A DNA stretch of 64,000 nucleotides from Planctomycetota bacterium (GCA_027493625.1 JAOSKM010000001.1:2068657-2132656), one strand, 5' to 3'. Numbered from the stretch's first letter, positions 1 through 9,733 are shown. Made by a program: numbers and translations. The notes: generated by a model not told the origin, from the sequence alone.

Positions 1-1
1 T

Positions 2-1459
2 ATAACTCACCTTAGGATCTGCCAAGCGCTTGACGATTATGAATTTCTTGGCCAGTTCCACCAACTTACACATCTGAACCTCAAGTCACCGCCGCGGGAG
101 CGGTTAAGCGTACTAGGAAACTGCAAGAACATTCGCGTCCTGAGCGTCGTGTTCATGGAAAATGACATAGTGGCAGAAATGCCGGTCATGGAATCTGTAG
201 AAGAAGTCTTCTTGAGTGGTGCTGGCGTTGCGGTGGCGTGCGCCATGTTGGCCACTAAGTTCCCCGTCGTTCAGAGAATCACGCTCGACATGACCGGCCT
301 GATTGCGTCAGAACATCTTGAAGCTTTCAGGAAACTGCCACGCTTGAGAGCATTATACATTTACAAATATACTACCACAGAACATGGGATGCAAAACATC
401 GCACAAGTAACGAGTGACGAGGTAGAAGCGTGCGCCAAATTGCCCAACCTTCAAGAACTCCGGCTGGAGGGGCGGGATGGGGATAGCCCCAGCGGATCGT
501 CTCTAGCTAAACTTGGAGCGTTAACAAGTCTCCGCGCCCTCCATCTAATCTTTGGTGGCAGAATCATAACAGAGGCTCTCAAGGGAATCCCGGTTGGGCT
601 TGACACGCTGAGCGTCATCGGTGAGGCAACAGAAGAAGATGTGACTGCACTATTGAAGCAAGTTGGGCGCTTCACAGATCTTCGAGATCTCTCATTTTCA
701 GGGGTCTCCATCAGCGCTCAGGCCCTCGAACAACTGTCTCGAAGCAATAGCAAGATTGAGCGACTCAGCTATAGCGGTAGGTGGCCAAGAAATGCAGCCC
801 AGAGTTTCAAGCGTTTTACCGCGCTAAAATGCTTGCGCATAGATGTAGGCAGGCCGGACTGTCAACTCTCACCATCAGCATTGCAGGTTGTTGCTGACAC
901 GCTAGAGGAGGTGTTTCTGTGGGGACGATACGCTGGCTCTGACTGGGTCGCCGCTTTGGCTGACGCAACACACCTTACTCGGCTGGCGCTCATCAATATC
1001 GCCTTTAAGCCTGAAGACAATGCGTCGGTAGAGAAAGTAATGCAGCGCCTGGAATATGCTACATTTCACATGTGCACGGGATTGCGGACTGCGGGATACC
1101 CGGTCCTATCCGCTTTGAAGAACGTTAAATATCTACAGTTGTTGCACTTCAATGAGTCGTACTCTGGCAGCTACGCTAAAACTGTGGCATCTCTCCCCAA
1201 GTTGACTCATCTTAATGTTGACTGCTCGGCCACCGATGAAGTCGCAATCGGAGCACTCGCTATGATGAGAAGGTTAACCAGTCTTACACTGAGTTACCAG
1301 TCCAGTATTACCACCCCTGCTCTATTCTCACGCTTGCGTGGTACTGAAAGTCTTGAACACCTCCAAATCTGGTCTTTCGCTGCTTGGACACGTAAGGAAT
1401 ACGACGCATTGCAGGAAGTGTTACCTGGGGTAAACTTGCAGATTCCTGCGATGAAATAG
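2..1459 (+). CDS. Leucine-rich repeat (RNI/AMN1-like) protein, 5'-partial (reading frame open to window edge)
   Basis: The frame of ORF 149..1459 stays open back to nt 2 (ITHLRICQALDDYEFLGQFHQLTHLNLKSPP...). Repeated LxxLxL units are present (LPNLQELRLEG, LTSLRALHL, LTHLNVDCS, LTSLTLSY). The region is visibly AT-richer than most of the window. Confidence 0.75.
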   Translation: MTHLRICQALDDYEFLGQFHQLTHLNLKSPPRERLSVLGNCKNIRVLSVVFMENDIVAEMPVMESVEEVFLSGAGVAVACAMLATKFPVVQRITLDMTGLIASEHLEAFRKLPRLRALYIYKYTTTEHGMQNIAQVTSDEVEACAKLPNLQELRLEGRDGDSPSGSSLAKLGALTSLRALHLIFGGRIITEALKGIPVGLDTLSVIGEATEEDVTALLKQVGRFTDLRDLSFSGVSISAQALEQLSRSNSKIERLSYSGRWPRNAAQSFKRFTALKCLRIDVGRPDCQLSPSALQVVADTLEEVFLWGRYAGSDWVAALADATHLTRLALINIAFKPEDNASVEKVMQRLEYATFHMCTGLRTAGYPVLSALKNVKYLQLLHFNESYSGSYAKTVASLPKLTHLNVDCSATDEVAIGALAMMRRLTSLTLSYQSSITTPALFSRLRGTESLEHLQIWSFAAWTRKEYDALQEVLPGVNLQIPAMK

Positions 1460-1548
1460 TGTGAGTGCCGGTATATAGGTCTAACTATTTATGAGAAGCG
1501 TACAGAGATGCTGGATGTTGCAGTGTCAATCAGCCAGAAGGTAGTGGT

Positions 1549-2745
1549 ATGGAAATAGACCGCTGCGGTAGTAATGGATTAACGCTCCGTTCTGGTGAAA
1601 CCGCTGGATTACTTGCGCCATGTGAATCTAGCGTGACCGGAGTGGCGCACAATCCTACCCGCGAGATGGCTCCTCCGTGGTCTGACGATCCCGAGTGCTC
1701 ACCTGCAGGCCGGAACTATTTCCCGCCCATGATTCTTGGCAGATATCTTACTGGCCCCACTCTTGAACCGAAAACCTGTGCTCGCTCTCAGGCGAATGAG
1801 CTCTCGGACTTCCTTCGCCTGGTGGCTCAGACGAGAGTCCCTGCCGCGGGCGGGGCGCCCGGGCCCGGAGCGGCCGAGGCGGCTGCGCTACAGTGTTACG
1901 GCGGCGGCATTTCCGGTACAGGGGATGTGGAAGGTCCAGCGTCCAGCACCGATAACGCCATCGCCCGCTTTGACGGTACTTCCGGCAAGCAGATTTCGAA
2001 CTCTTCGGCCACTCTGGACGATGCGGGGCGGATTTCGGCTACCGCTCTTTCCCTCACCGACGACTTGCCCGTTGCCCACGGCGGCACGGGGGCGAGTACG
2101 GCCGCGGATGCTCGTACCAACCTGGGTTTGGGCTCTCTGGCTGTCAAAAACACTGTGGCCACGGGCGACATTGACGCCAACGCCGTCACCGACGCCAAGC
2201 TGCGCGACTCGGCCGCTTTGTCCGTCATCGGCCGCGGCGCCAACTCCACGGGCGACCCGGCCGACATCTCGGCCGGCAGCGACCACCAGGTGCTGCGCCG
2301 CAGCGGCACCAGCATAGGCTTCGGCGCGCTGAACCTGGCGCAATCGGCGGCCGTGACGGGCGCCTTGCCTATCGCCAACGGCGGCACCGGGGCGACGCAG
2401 GCCCGCGACGCGCTGAGCAACCTGGGCACGCTGAAAAGCACTGTGATCGAGTACACCGGCAGCGGCGTGAGCGGCAAAACGGTGACACTGACCGGCATCA
2501 ACCGGGCGTACATGATCTACCAGTGCCGGGATGCCGCGGGCAGCGGCCCGAGTTCAAGCTGGCCGATGGGCAACACGGGTACGATCAACCTGAAGTACGA
2601 CGCCGACGGCTCGAATCACACGGCCTGGAGCCTCAGCGCGCCGGCAGCGGGCTCAGCGCAGGTGCTCACCATCAACAGCACCAACGGAGCCTGGAATGCC
2701 GGCGGCGTGGTGTTCCGGCTGCTGGTAATCGGCACTTCGACCTGA
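1549..2745 (+). CDS. Phage tail-fibre-like repeat protein (start codon uncertain)
   Basis: The motifs SSTDNAIARFDGTSGKQISNS, LPVAHGGTGASTAADARTNLGLG and LPIANGGTGATQARDALSNLG resemble conserved tail-fibre modules of tailed phages. GC rises sharply after ~1800, so the true start may be internal (for example M at 1666 or 1729). Confidence 0.55.
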   Translation: MEIDRCGSNGLTLRSGETAGLLAPCESSVTGVAHNPTREMAPPWSDDPECSPAGRNYFPPMILGRYLTGPTLEPKTCARSQANELSDFLRLVAQTRVPAAGGAPGPGAAEAAALQCYGGGISGTGDVEGPASSTDNAIARFDGTSGKQISNSSATLDDAGRISATALSLTDDLPVAHGGTGASTAADARTNLGLGSLAVKNTVATGDIDANAVTDAKLRDSAALSVIGRGANSTGDPADISAGSDHQVLRRSGTSIGFGALNLAQSAAVTGALPIANGGTGATQARDALSNLGTLKSTVIEYTGSGVSGKTVTLTGINRAYMIYQCRDAAGSGPSSSWPMGNTGTINLKYDADGSNHTAWSLSAPAAGSAQVLTINSTNGAWNAGGVVFRLLVIGTST

Positions 2746-2917
2746 TTCCCTTGCCGGTCACGGCCGGTTAACTGTGCGACCTCCCGCTGCCCCCGGGATC
2801 GATTATCGGACGTGCTTTCCACGGCGCCCCGGTTGCATTACGGGCCCTGGTCTGCGACAATTCCGGTCCTCTTTTCGGCCCCGGATTTGCAATTTGCCAC
2901 CCCGACGGAGTTGACGC

Positions 2918-4006
2918 ATGCGCAGGATGATTGTGGCCACTCTGGCCGTCGCGGTCCTTTTCGCGGCCGGCTGCCAGGACCAGGAAGCGCGGAACCAGAA
3001 CGCACGGCTGCAGGCCGAGCTTGACGCCATGAAGGCCAAGCAGGGCAGCGGCGGCAACGATGCACTGCTGGCGCTGCTGGCCAACCAGAACAAGAGCCAG
3101 GACAACGCCGCCCTCGAGCGCAAGCTCAACTCGTTCGGCGAAGACGTCTCGGCCGGGCTGGACAAGATCCAGAAGCAGATCCGGGACAACGACAGCGCCT
3201 CGGGCAAGCGCATGGACGACATCGAGGGCAAGCTGAAGCAGGTCAGCGACCTGCAGGCCACGATCACCACGCTGCGCGGCATGATCGAGTCGCTGGAAAG
3301 CAAGGTGAAGAGCGTCGACCCCAACGAAGTGCTCAACGTCCAGAAAGACCTGATCAACAAGGAAGCCGACCTGCGGCTCGAGAAGCAGCTCAAGGAAGCG
3401 GCGCTGGCCGAGGTGTCCGCCATGAAGGACCAGCTCGCGGCGGCGCAGGCCGAGGTCGAGAACCTCAAGGCCGAGATGGCCGGCCTGCAGGGCGCGGACA
3501 TCAGCAAGCACCCGATGTACCGCGAAAAGGAAGCCGAGAACCGCAAGCTGGCGGGAGATCTGAAGAAGTCCCAGTCCGACTACGAAAACCTGAAGCTGCG
3601 CTACGACGAGCTGGAGGCGCAGCTGCGCAAGGGCGCCAACCCGCCCGAAGAGCAGCCCAAGCCCAGCAACCCCGTGTACGACTTCTCGGGGACGGTCACC
3701 GAGGTCAGCAAGGGCTCCCGCCCGGACGGCCCCAGCTACCTGCTGGTGGGCAGCATCAAGGGCAGCGTGCCCGCCATCGGTACTGAGCTGGTGGTGCTGG
3801 ACGCCCGGAGCAACCTGCTGTGCAAGGTGAAAGTGGTGCGCCACTACCACTTCAACGACAACGACGACATGCCCGTCGAGGAAGTGGGCTGCCAGACCAT
3901 CGACGAGAAATCCAGCCGCCCGGTCGCCAAGGGCGACACCGTGGCCTGGATCAAGGCCAAGGAAGCCGGCGGCGGCGAAAGCAAGGGCGCCGCGGGCGGG
4001 GAATAA
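2918..4006 (+). CDS. Coiled-coil lipoprotein, function unknown
   Basis: Lipobox signal MRRMIVATLAVAVLFAAGC. A long heptad-like Q/E/K/L-rich region follows (KLKQVSDLQATITTLRGMIESLESKVK...), then a globular C-terminal domain. Confidence 0.7.
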   Translation: MRRMIVATLAVAVLFAAGCQDQEARNQNARLQAELDAMKAKQGSGGNDALLALLANQNKSQDNAALERKLNSFGEDVSAGLDKIQKQIRDNDSASGKRMDDIEGKLKQVSDLQATITTLRGMIESLESKVKSVDPNEVLNVQKDLINKEADLRLEKQLKEAALAEVSAMKDQLAAAQAEVENLKAEMAGLQGADISKHPMYREKEAENRKLAGDLKKSQSDYENLKLRYDELEAQLRKGANPPEEQPKPSNPVYDFSGTVTEVSKGSRPDGPSYLLVGSIKGSVPAIGTELVVLDARSNLLCKVKVVRHYHFNDNDDMPVEEVGCQTIDEKSSRPVAKGDTVAWIKAKEAGGGESKGAAGGE

Positions 4007-4043
4007 TCCCTCCCTGGCGGGGCTGAAATCCGTATCAGCAGCA

Positions 4044-4064
4044 GGGGGCGCCCCGCGCGCCCCC
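4044..4064 (+). terminator. GC hairpin downstream of the coiled-coil lipoprotein gene
   Basis: gggggcgc / cccgc / gcgccccc followed by ttgcta. The T-tract is weak. Confidence 0.4.
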
Positions 4065-4103
4065 TTGCTATGCTGTCGGGCGTCATCGTGTTAAGGAAGC
4101 CGC

Positions 4104-6236
4104 ATGAAATTCATCCGCCTCGTGGCCCTGCTGGCCTTGCTGCTGGCGCCGGCACTGCTCTCCGCCCAGGACGACAAGCTCGCTGAAGAAGCCGGCAAGC
4201 TGATCGAGCGCATCGCCAAGCGCCCCGAAAAGGCATGGGATTACGCCTTTGCCCTGCGCCGCCTGGCCGAGGCCGAAGAGGGCGGCGCACTCGTCGGCGA
4301 GTTCGAGAAGCAGCTCGAGCACGAATCCGAGGCCGTACGCATGGTGTGCAGCCAGCTGGTGCTGCTGTACGGCACCCCCGAACTGGCCTACGAAACCTGG
4401 GGCGAGCTGCTGGAAAGCGAAGACAGCGCGATCATCGAGGCCGTCGCCATGATGATCACCGGCGAAGGCCCCGAGGACGAAGAACTGCTGGAGCGCGTAA
4501 AGACGGCCTGGGAGGACTCGTCCGAGCTGTCGCCGGGCGCGCGCACCGCCCTGTGCGAAGCGCTGCTGGTCAATCAGAAGGATGAGCTGGCCCTGGAGCA
4601 GCTGCGTGAATTCCTGTCCTCGCCCGACCACGAGCTGGTGGGGCGCGCCTCGCTGGTGCTGTCCGAGCGCGGCCACCCGGCCGAGGTCGCGGCCCGCATC
4701 GACAACCTCAGCAAAGAGCCCGGCGACATCGGGCGGCTGGCCCGCATCGGGCGCGAGGTGGTGAAGATCGACCAGGCCGTGGAAGATCACAAGTCCGGCA
4801 AGTTCAAGCGCAAGGATTACCTGATCGAGACCGAGATCCGGGCCATCAAGAAGCATTACGTGGATGAGCAGTTCATCTACGCCGAGAAGCCCCAGGCCCT
4901 GAACAGCGAGAACCTGCTCGACAACGCCTGCCGCGCCATGGCCCTGGCCACCGACCGCTACGGCGCCTTCATGACGCGCAAAGAAATCGAGGAGATGAAC
5001 CAGGACCAGGAAGGCAACTACGTCGGCATCGGCGCGCACGTCGCGGTCGGCGACGACGGCCTGATCTACATCACCCAGCCGATCTACGAGGGCCCGGCCT
5101 ACGCCGCGGGCGTTCGCACCGGCGACAAGCTGCTGGGCATCCTGGGCCCCGACGGCAAGCGCATCGACCTCACGACGCTGAGCCTCGAGGAAGGCGTCAG
5201 CCACGTGCGCGGCCCGGAAGGCTCCACCGCAACCATCTTCGTGAAGCGCCGCGGCCATGAGGGCGAGCTGAAGTTCGAGATCCCGCGCAAGGTGGTGCAC
5301 GTGGACACCGCCCTCGAGGAAATGCTGCCCGGCCAGGTCGGTTACGTGCGGCTCACGCGCTTCGGCGGCAACAGCACCAACGACATGAAGGAATCGCTGG
5401 CCAACCTGCGCCGCCAGGGCATGAAGTCGCTGATCCTGGACATGCGCGACAACCCGGGCGGGCAGCTCTCGGCCGTGGTGGAAATCGCCGACATGTTCCT
5501 GCCCAAGGAAGCGCTGATCTCCAGCACCGGCGGGCGCTTCGACCAGTGGCGCAAGAAGCAGGTGTTCCGCAGCCGCGGCGGCGACTACAACGAGATCCCG
5601 ATGGTTTGCCTGATCGACGAAAACAGCGCCTCGGGCGCCGAGATGCTGTCGGGCGCGCTGAAAGACAACAACCGCGCGCAGATTCTCGGGCGCGCCAGCT
5701 TCGGCAAGGGCATCGGCCAGAGCTTCTTCACCGTCGAGAACAGCGGCGGCTCGCGCGTGCTGAAGTGCACGGTGTTCCGCTATTTCCTGCCCAGCGGCAT
5801 CAGCATCGACCGCTACGAGGGCGAGGGCGGCGTGACCCCGCAGATCGAGATCAAGCCCAGCCTGCTCAAGCCCTGGGAGGTCTACGCCATCGACAAGCTG
5901 CGCGCCTCGGGCAAGATCGCCGACTACCTCGACCGCCACTACGCCGGCGCGAAGAAAGCCGAGCTGATGAAGCTGGCCAGCTTCGACGGGCTGAACGCCG
6001 GGCTGTGGCCCGAGTTCGACCGGTTCTACAGCGAGCTGAACACCCAGCTCGCCAAGGACGACGTCCGCCGCGAACTGCGCTACGCCCTGCGCGCCCGCGT
6101 GCAGGACGACCGCGGCGCCGAGTTCACCCAGAACTACCAGGAAGACCCGGGCATCCTGCGCAGCGTGAAGGAACTGTTCGCCAAGACCGGCCAGGACACC
6201 GCAAGCATCCCGGAGTACAAGGCCGTCATGAAGTAA
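4104..6236 (+). CDS. S41 family C-terminal processing peptidase with N-terminal helical-repeat and PDZ domains
   Basis: Signal peptide MKFIRLVALLALLLAPALLSAQ. PDZ-like GIGAHVAVGDDGLIYITQPIYEGPAYAAGVRTGDKLLGI. S41 core LILDMRDNPGGQL, ENSASGAEMLSGALKDNNRAQILGRASFGKG (Ser/Lys dyad context). Confidence 0.9.
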   Translation: MKFIRLVALLALLLAPALLSAQDDKLAEEAGKLIERIAKRPEKAWDYAFALRRLAEAEEGGALVGEFEKQLEHESEAVRMVCSQLVLLYGTPELAYETWGELLESEDSAIIEAVAMMITGEGPEDEELLERVKTAWEDSSELSPGARTALCEALLVNQKDELALEQLREFLSSPDHELVGRASLVLSERGHPAEVAARIDNLSKEPGDIGRLARIGREVVKIDQAVEDHKSGKFKRKDYLIETEIRAIKKHYVDEQFIYAEKPQALNSENLLDNACRAMALATDRYGAFMTRKEIEEMNQDQEGNYVGIGAHVAVGDDGLIYITQPIYEGPAYAAGVRTGDKLLGILGPDGKRIDLTTLSLEEGVSHVRGPEGSTATIFVKRRGHEGELKFEIPRKVVHVDTALEEMLPGQVGYVRLTRFGGNSTNDMKESLANLRRQGMKSLILDMRDNPGGQLSAVVEIADMFLPKEALISSTGGRFDQWRKKQVFRSRGGDYNEIPMVCLIDENSASGAEMLSGALKDNNRAQILGRASFGKGIGQSFFTVENSGGSRVLKCTVFRYFLPSGISIDRYEGEGGVTPQIEIKPSLLKPWEVYAIDKLRASGKIADYLDRHYAGAKKAELMKLASFDGLNAGLWPEFDRFYSELNTQLAKDDVRRELRYALRARVQDDRGAEFTQNYQEDPGILRSVKELFAKTGQDTASIPEYKAVMK

Positions 6237-6260
6237 CGGAGCGCGGACGTCCCGTCCGCA

Positions 6261-6289
6261 CTCACGGCCGGCGCCTCGCCGGCCGTGAG
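6261..6289 (+). terminator. Rho-independent-type terminator hairpin after the S41 peptidase gene
   Basis: Perfect 13-bp stem ctcacggccggcg / cgccggccgtgag with a 3-nt loop, followed by cttt. Confidence 0.55.
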
Positions 6290-6343
6290 CTTTAACCCCC
6301 GGGGCATTGCGGGCAGGGCGCCCGCATCACATCCTCAGCGCCC

Positions 6344-7390
6344 ATGAAGCCGTTCCTCAAACAGGTCCGCCGTTTCCTGCCGCTGCTGCTCAGCCTGGCG
6401 GTGCTGGTGTACCTGTTCGGCTTCCGCACCGACCCCGTCGAGAACTGGAACACCGCAAAGAGCGTCCGGCCCTCCATGCTGTACCTCGCGCTGGGGCTGG
6501 GTTTGATCAGCTTCGTGTTCCAGGCCGTGCGCCTGAAAATCCTGGTCGAGGTGCTGGGCCACAAGGTCAGCCTCACGCGCATGCTGGTCTACACGCTGGT
6601 CGGCCAGTTCTACAACTCCGCCATCCCCGGCGGCTCCGTGGGCGGCGACGCCATCAAGGCCCTCTACCTGTCCAACGCCACGCGCAGCAAGCCCCAGGCC
6701 TTCGCGGCCGTGCTGGTGGACCGTCTTTGCGGCCTGTTCATGCTGGCGACGCTGGCGCTGCTGATGCTGCTGCCCAGCATCGCCGAGCCCACCATGCGCC
6801 AGGCCGCGGCGGTGATCGTCGTGTTCACCGGCGGCGCGACCGTGGCGATCGTGGGCATGACCAGCCGCCGCGTGCGCCGCCTGCTGCCCAAGGGGCTTTC
6901 GAGTCGGCTGCCCTTCCACGACACCATCCGCGCCTTTGACGAGGCGATGCAGATTTACCGCGGCCACAAGAAGGGGCTGCTGCTGGCGCTGCTGCTGAGC
7001 ATCCTGCCGCAGGCGGGCTGGATCGGCATGCACATCGCGGTCGGCCAGGGCATCGGCATCCAGCTGATCTGGACCGACTACGCCGTGCTGATCCCCGTGG
7101 CGGGCATGGTGGCCGCGCTGCCCATCAGCTTCGGCGGATGGGGCGTGGGCGAGGCCGCCAGCGTGCACTTCTTCGGCCTGCGCGGCATCGCGCGCGAGCC
7201 GGCCCAGGTGCTGTCCCTGATGGGGCGCCTGATCCAGCTGGCCTGGGCGCTCGTGGGCCTGCCCATGGCCTGGGCCCTGCCAAGGCCCAAAGACATCGAA
7301 GCGGCCGTGCAGGGCGACGCCGTGCTGGCCGACCCCGCCGTGGAAGCCGCCGCCCAGCCCCGGCCCGAAGGCCGGGGATTGCCAGAGTGA
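6344..7390 (+). CDS. Lysylphosphatidylglycerol-synthase-TM-like (flippase-like, UPF0104) membrane protein
   Basis: Multi-pass hydrophobic protein carrying the motif NSAIPGGSVGGDAIKALYL typical of this family. Confidence 0.75.
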   Translation: MKPFLKQVRRFLPLLLSLAVLVYLFGFRTDPVENWNTAKSVRPSMLYLALGLGLISFVFQAVRLKILVEVLGHKVSLTRMLVYTLVGQFYNSAIPGGSVGGDAIKALYLSNATRSKPQAFAAVLVDRLCGLFMLATLALLMLLPSIAEPTMRQAAAVIVVFTGGATVAIVGMTSRRVRRLLPKGLSSRLPFHDTIRAFDEAMQIYRGHKKGLLLALLLSILPQAGWIGMHIAVGQGIGIQLIWTDYAVLIPVAGMVAALPISFGGWGVGEAASVHFFGLRGIAREPAQVLSLMGRLIQLAWALVGLPMAWALPRPKDIEAAVQGDAVLADPAVEAAAQPRPEGRGLPE

Positions 7391-7412
7391 ACCGGCCGCG
7401 TAGCCTGATTCC

Positions 7413-8537
7413 ATGAGAATCGCGTACCTTGAGTTCGACATGCAGGAAGCCCTGCGGCGCATGGGGCTGAAGCAGCTCAAGAAGCTGTGGAACGAGCTGC
7501 TGTTGATGTCCGCGGGCGACGTGGACCAGGCCATGCAGTGGCTCGAGCAGCTCTGGGAACGCCACAACCTGATGCAGGGCCAGATGAGCTTCGAGGAGTT
7601 CATGCGCCTGCTCGAGCAAGAGGGGCTGATACGCCGACGCGACGGCCAGCCCGACGCCAACCCGGAAGGCCCGCCCGGCGGCTTCGAGCTCACCAGGCGC
7701 GGCGAGCGCGCCATCCGCAAGGATTCCCTCGAGCACATCTTCCGCGACCTGAAATCACTCGGCGACGGCGACCACCGCACGCCCCACGCGGGCGCCAGCA
7801 ACGAGCGCCTGTCGGAAACACGGCCGTTCAACTTCGGCGACCTAAGCAGCGACATCGACTTCAACGTCTCCATTCGCAACGCTCTAAAGCGCGGCATCGA
7901 CGACGTGGCGCTGACCGAGGAAGACCTGGAGGTGTTCGAGACCGAGCAGCACGCCAGTTGCGCCACGGTGCTGATGATCGACATCAGCCACAGCATGATC
8001 CTGTACGGCGAAGACCGCATCACGCCCGCCAAGAAGGTGGCGATCGCCCTGGCCGAGCTGATCAAGCAGAAGTACCCGAAAGACAGCGTGCAGGTGATCA
8101 CCTTCGGCAACGAGGCGCAGGAGGTGCCGGTGCATCGCCTGCCCTACCTGCAGGTGGGGCCGTTCCACACCAACACGCAGGCCGGCCTGCAACTGGCACA
8201 GCGCCTGCTGGGGCGCATGAAGCACACCAACAAGCAGATTTTCATGATCACCGACGGCAAGCCGACAGTGATCCATGAGCAGGGCCAGCTCTACCGCAAC
8301 GTGAGCTGGATGCTCGACCCGCTGATCGTGAACCGCACCCTGGAAGAGGCCGAGCTGTGCCGCCGCCGCGGCATCACCATCAGCACCTTCATGATCGCGC
8401 AGGATCCGCACCTGGTGGAGTTCGTGGACAAGCTGACCAAGGTGAACCGGGGCCGCGCCTACTTCAGCGCGCTCGACAAGCTGGGCGGCAACATCTTCGT
8501 AGACTACCTCAAGAACCGCCGCCGCCGCGTGCGCTAG
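7413..8537 (+). CDS. VWA domain-containing protein (CoxE-like)
   Basis: MIDAS-type motif VLMIDISHSM. Downstream TNTQAGL and FMITDGKPT. Helical N-terminal domain. Confidence 0.8.
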   Translation: MRIAYLEFDMQEALRRMGLKQLKKLWNELLLMSAGDVDQAMQWLEQLWERHNLMQGQMSFEEFMRLLEQEGLIRRRDGQPDANPEGPPGGFELTRRGERAIRKDSLEHIFRDLKSLGDGDHRTPHAGASNERLSETRPFNFGDLSSDIDFNVSIRNALKRGIDDVALTEEDLEVFETEQHASCATVLMIDISHSMILYGEDRITPAKKVAIALAELIKQKYPKDSVQVITFGNEAQEVPVHRLPYLQVGPFHTNTQAGLQLAQRLLGRMKHTNKQIFMITDGKPTVIHEQGQLYRNVSWMLDPLIVNRTLEEAELCRRRGITISTFMIAQDPHLVEFVDKLTKVNRGRAYFSALDKLGGNIFVDYLKNRRRRVR

Positions 8538-8622
8538 TGGACTAAGCCCGTGGCAAGCGCCAGTGGCATGCGCTTCCCGACTACGCCAAGGCTCCGTCGG
8601 GCAGGCCAGCGCATGAGTAGTT

Positions 8623-9023
8623 CCACGCGCTTCCAGCGCAATACTGCGGGGTTAAGGAGTTTCGCGGCAGACTCCGACGTGCAGATTGTATCGGCAGTCA
8701 GGCGCGGAGCGCCGTAACAATTGTTAGCCCCCGCCGGTTGGCGCCTAGCGCAGCGAGGCGCCAACAAGGCGGGGGTTACGGGCAAAAGAGGTTTGAGAGG
8801 CGCGGAGCGCCGGCACAACGGCCGCTTGCGGCCGATCGGCCCTCGCGGCAAGCGCCGCGAGTGTGTCGGCGCTCCGCGCCTTTGATCGTTCTTCCGCCGA
8901 TTACCCCCACCGAACGCCGGAGGCGTTCGGTGGGGGCTTCCACTGTGCAGGCGCTCCGCGCCAAAGAGCTAAACCGACGACTGTTTCGCCTTAACCCCGC
9001 AGTATTGCGCTTCCAGCGCGTGG
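8623..9023. repeat. Nested inverted-repeat cluster (multi-branch hairpin architecture)
   Basis: Outer 35-nt arms at 8623-8657 and 8989-9023. ggcgcggagcgcc (8701-8713) pairs with ggcgctccgcgcc (8950-8962). A second pair of the same 13-mer lies at 8799-8811 / 8868-8880. Hairpins at 8728-8775 and 8904-8936 (the latter a perfect 15-bp stem with a 3-nt loop). Palindrome ggccgatcggcc inside the inner pair. Confidence 0.75.
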
Positions 9024-9236
9024 CTTTCCATGGCCTGGAAGGCCATGGCACGAATCACGGCCTTGAAGGCCGTGCCACTTCGCGTCGCCAAAAATAATTT
9101 CTTCTGCCGTAAATCCAGTTCCTGCACAGCCTTGGGTTGCGGCGCTGGCTCAAACACTCCGAAAAATGTCGCACGCGTGGGTATGGTTTCCGGCGTCGGG
9201 CGCGACGGTTGCGCCGGTCTCTTCTGGAGTATTGAC

Positions 9237-9728
9237 ATGTCAAGGTATCCGTCAGTCAGGCCGAAGCCGGCCAAGCCCCAGCGCGCGGACGACCCCGCGG
9301 TGAAGGTCGAAAACACCATCCGCGACGCGGCCCACGAAATCTACCGCGAGCGGGACGGCGCCAGCATCGATGCCGCCATCGTGCGCTACCAGAACATGCT
9401 GGAGCTGCACGACGAGGAAGTGGCGAAGCTGAAGGGCAAGGAAGAAGCGCCCTACCGCTGGAAGGTTTCGCCCTCGGTGGTGATCCGCGTGCAGCGCGAG
9501 ATCGAGCGCCTGCAGCAGAAGCGCGAAGCCCTGCGCGCCGAGTGCTGGGCGCTGGCGCAGCAGCTGGTGGATGACTGGATGCGCAACCCGCCGGCGCAGG
9601 TTGCTGAAGCCCAGAAGGGACAGGCACCGAAGGTGCCTGTCCCTGGCGGCATGCCCGAAAGAGGACAGGCACCACAAGTGCCGGTCCCTGAAAGGAGCAC
9701 GGCTGAGCCCGCCACCAGCGCGGCGTAG
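9237..9728 (+). CDS. Hypothetical protein (163 aa)
   Basis: ORF 9030..9728 trimmed to M at 9237, after the repeat cluster. Coiled-coil-like middle (IERLQQKREALRAE). The C-terminal GQAPKVPVP / GQAPQVPVP is encoded by two palindromic DNA units (9618-9642, 9663-9687). No family recognised. Confidence 0.45.
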   Translation: MSRYPSVRPKPAKPQRADDPAVKVENTIRDAAHEIYRERDGASIDAAIVRYQNMLELHDEEVAKLKGKEEAPYRWKVSPSVVIRVQREIERLQQKREALRAECWALAQQLVDDWMRNPPAQVAEAQKGQAPKVPVPGGMPERGQAPQVPVPERSTAEPATSAA

Positions 9729-9733
9729 CTCTC

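Noticed and set aside
1549-2745. The tail-fibre-like gene as the variable target of a diversity-generating retroelement driven by the RT at 41916..45740.
   Set aside because: The two genes are 39 kb apart. I see no template/variable repeat pair. The RT has the large fused UG/Abi-type architecture, not the compact DGR type.
7413-8537. Three VWA-domain genes (7413..8537, 13090..15053, 40274..41743) as components of one MoxR/Bat-type system.
   Set aside because: They are dispersed over 34 kb. No AAA+ MoxR ATPase or Bat-like partners are adjacent. Two of them are simply secreted paralogs.
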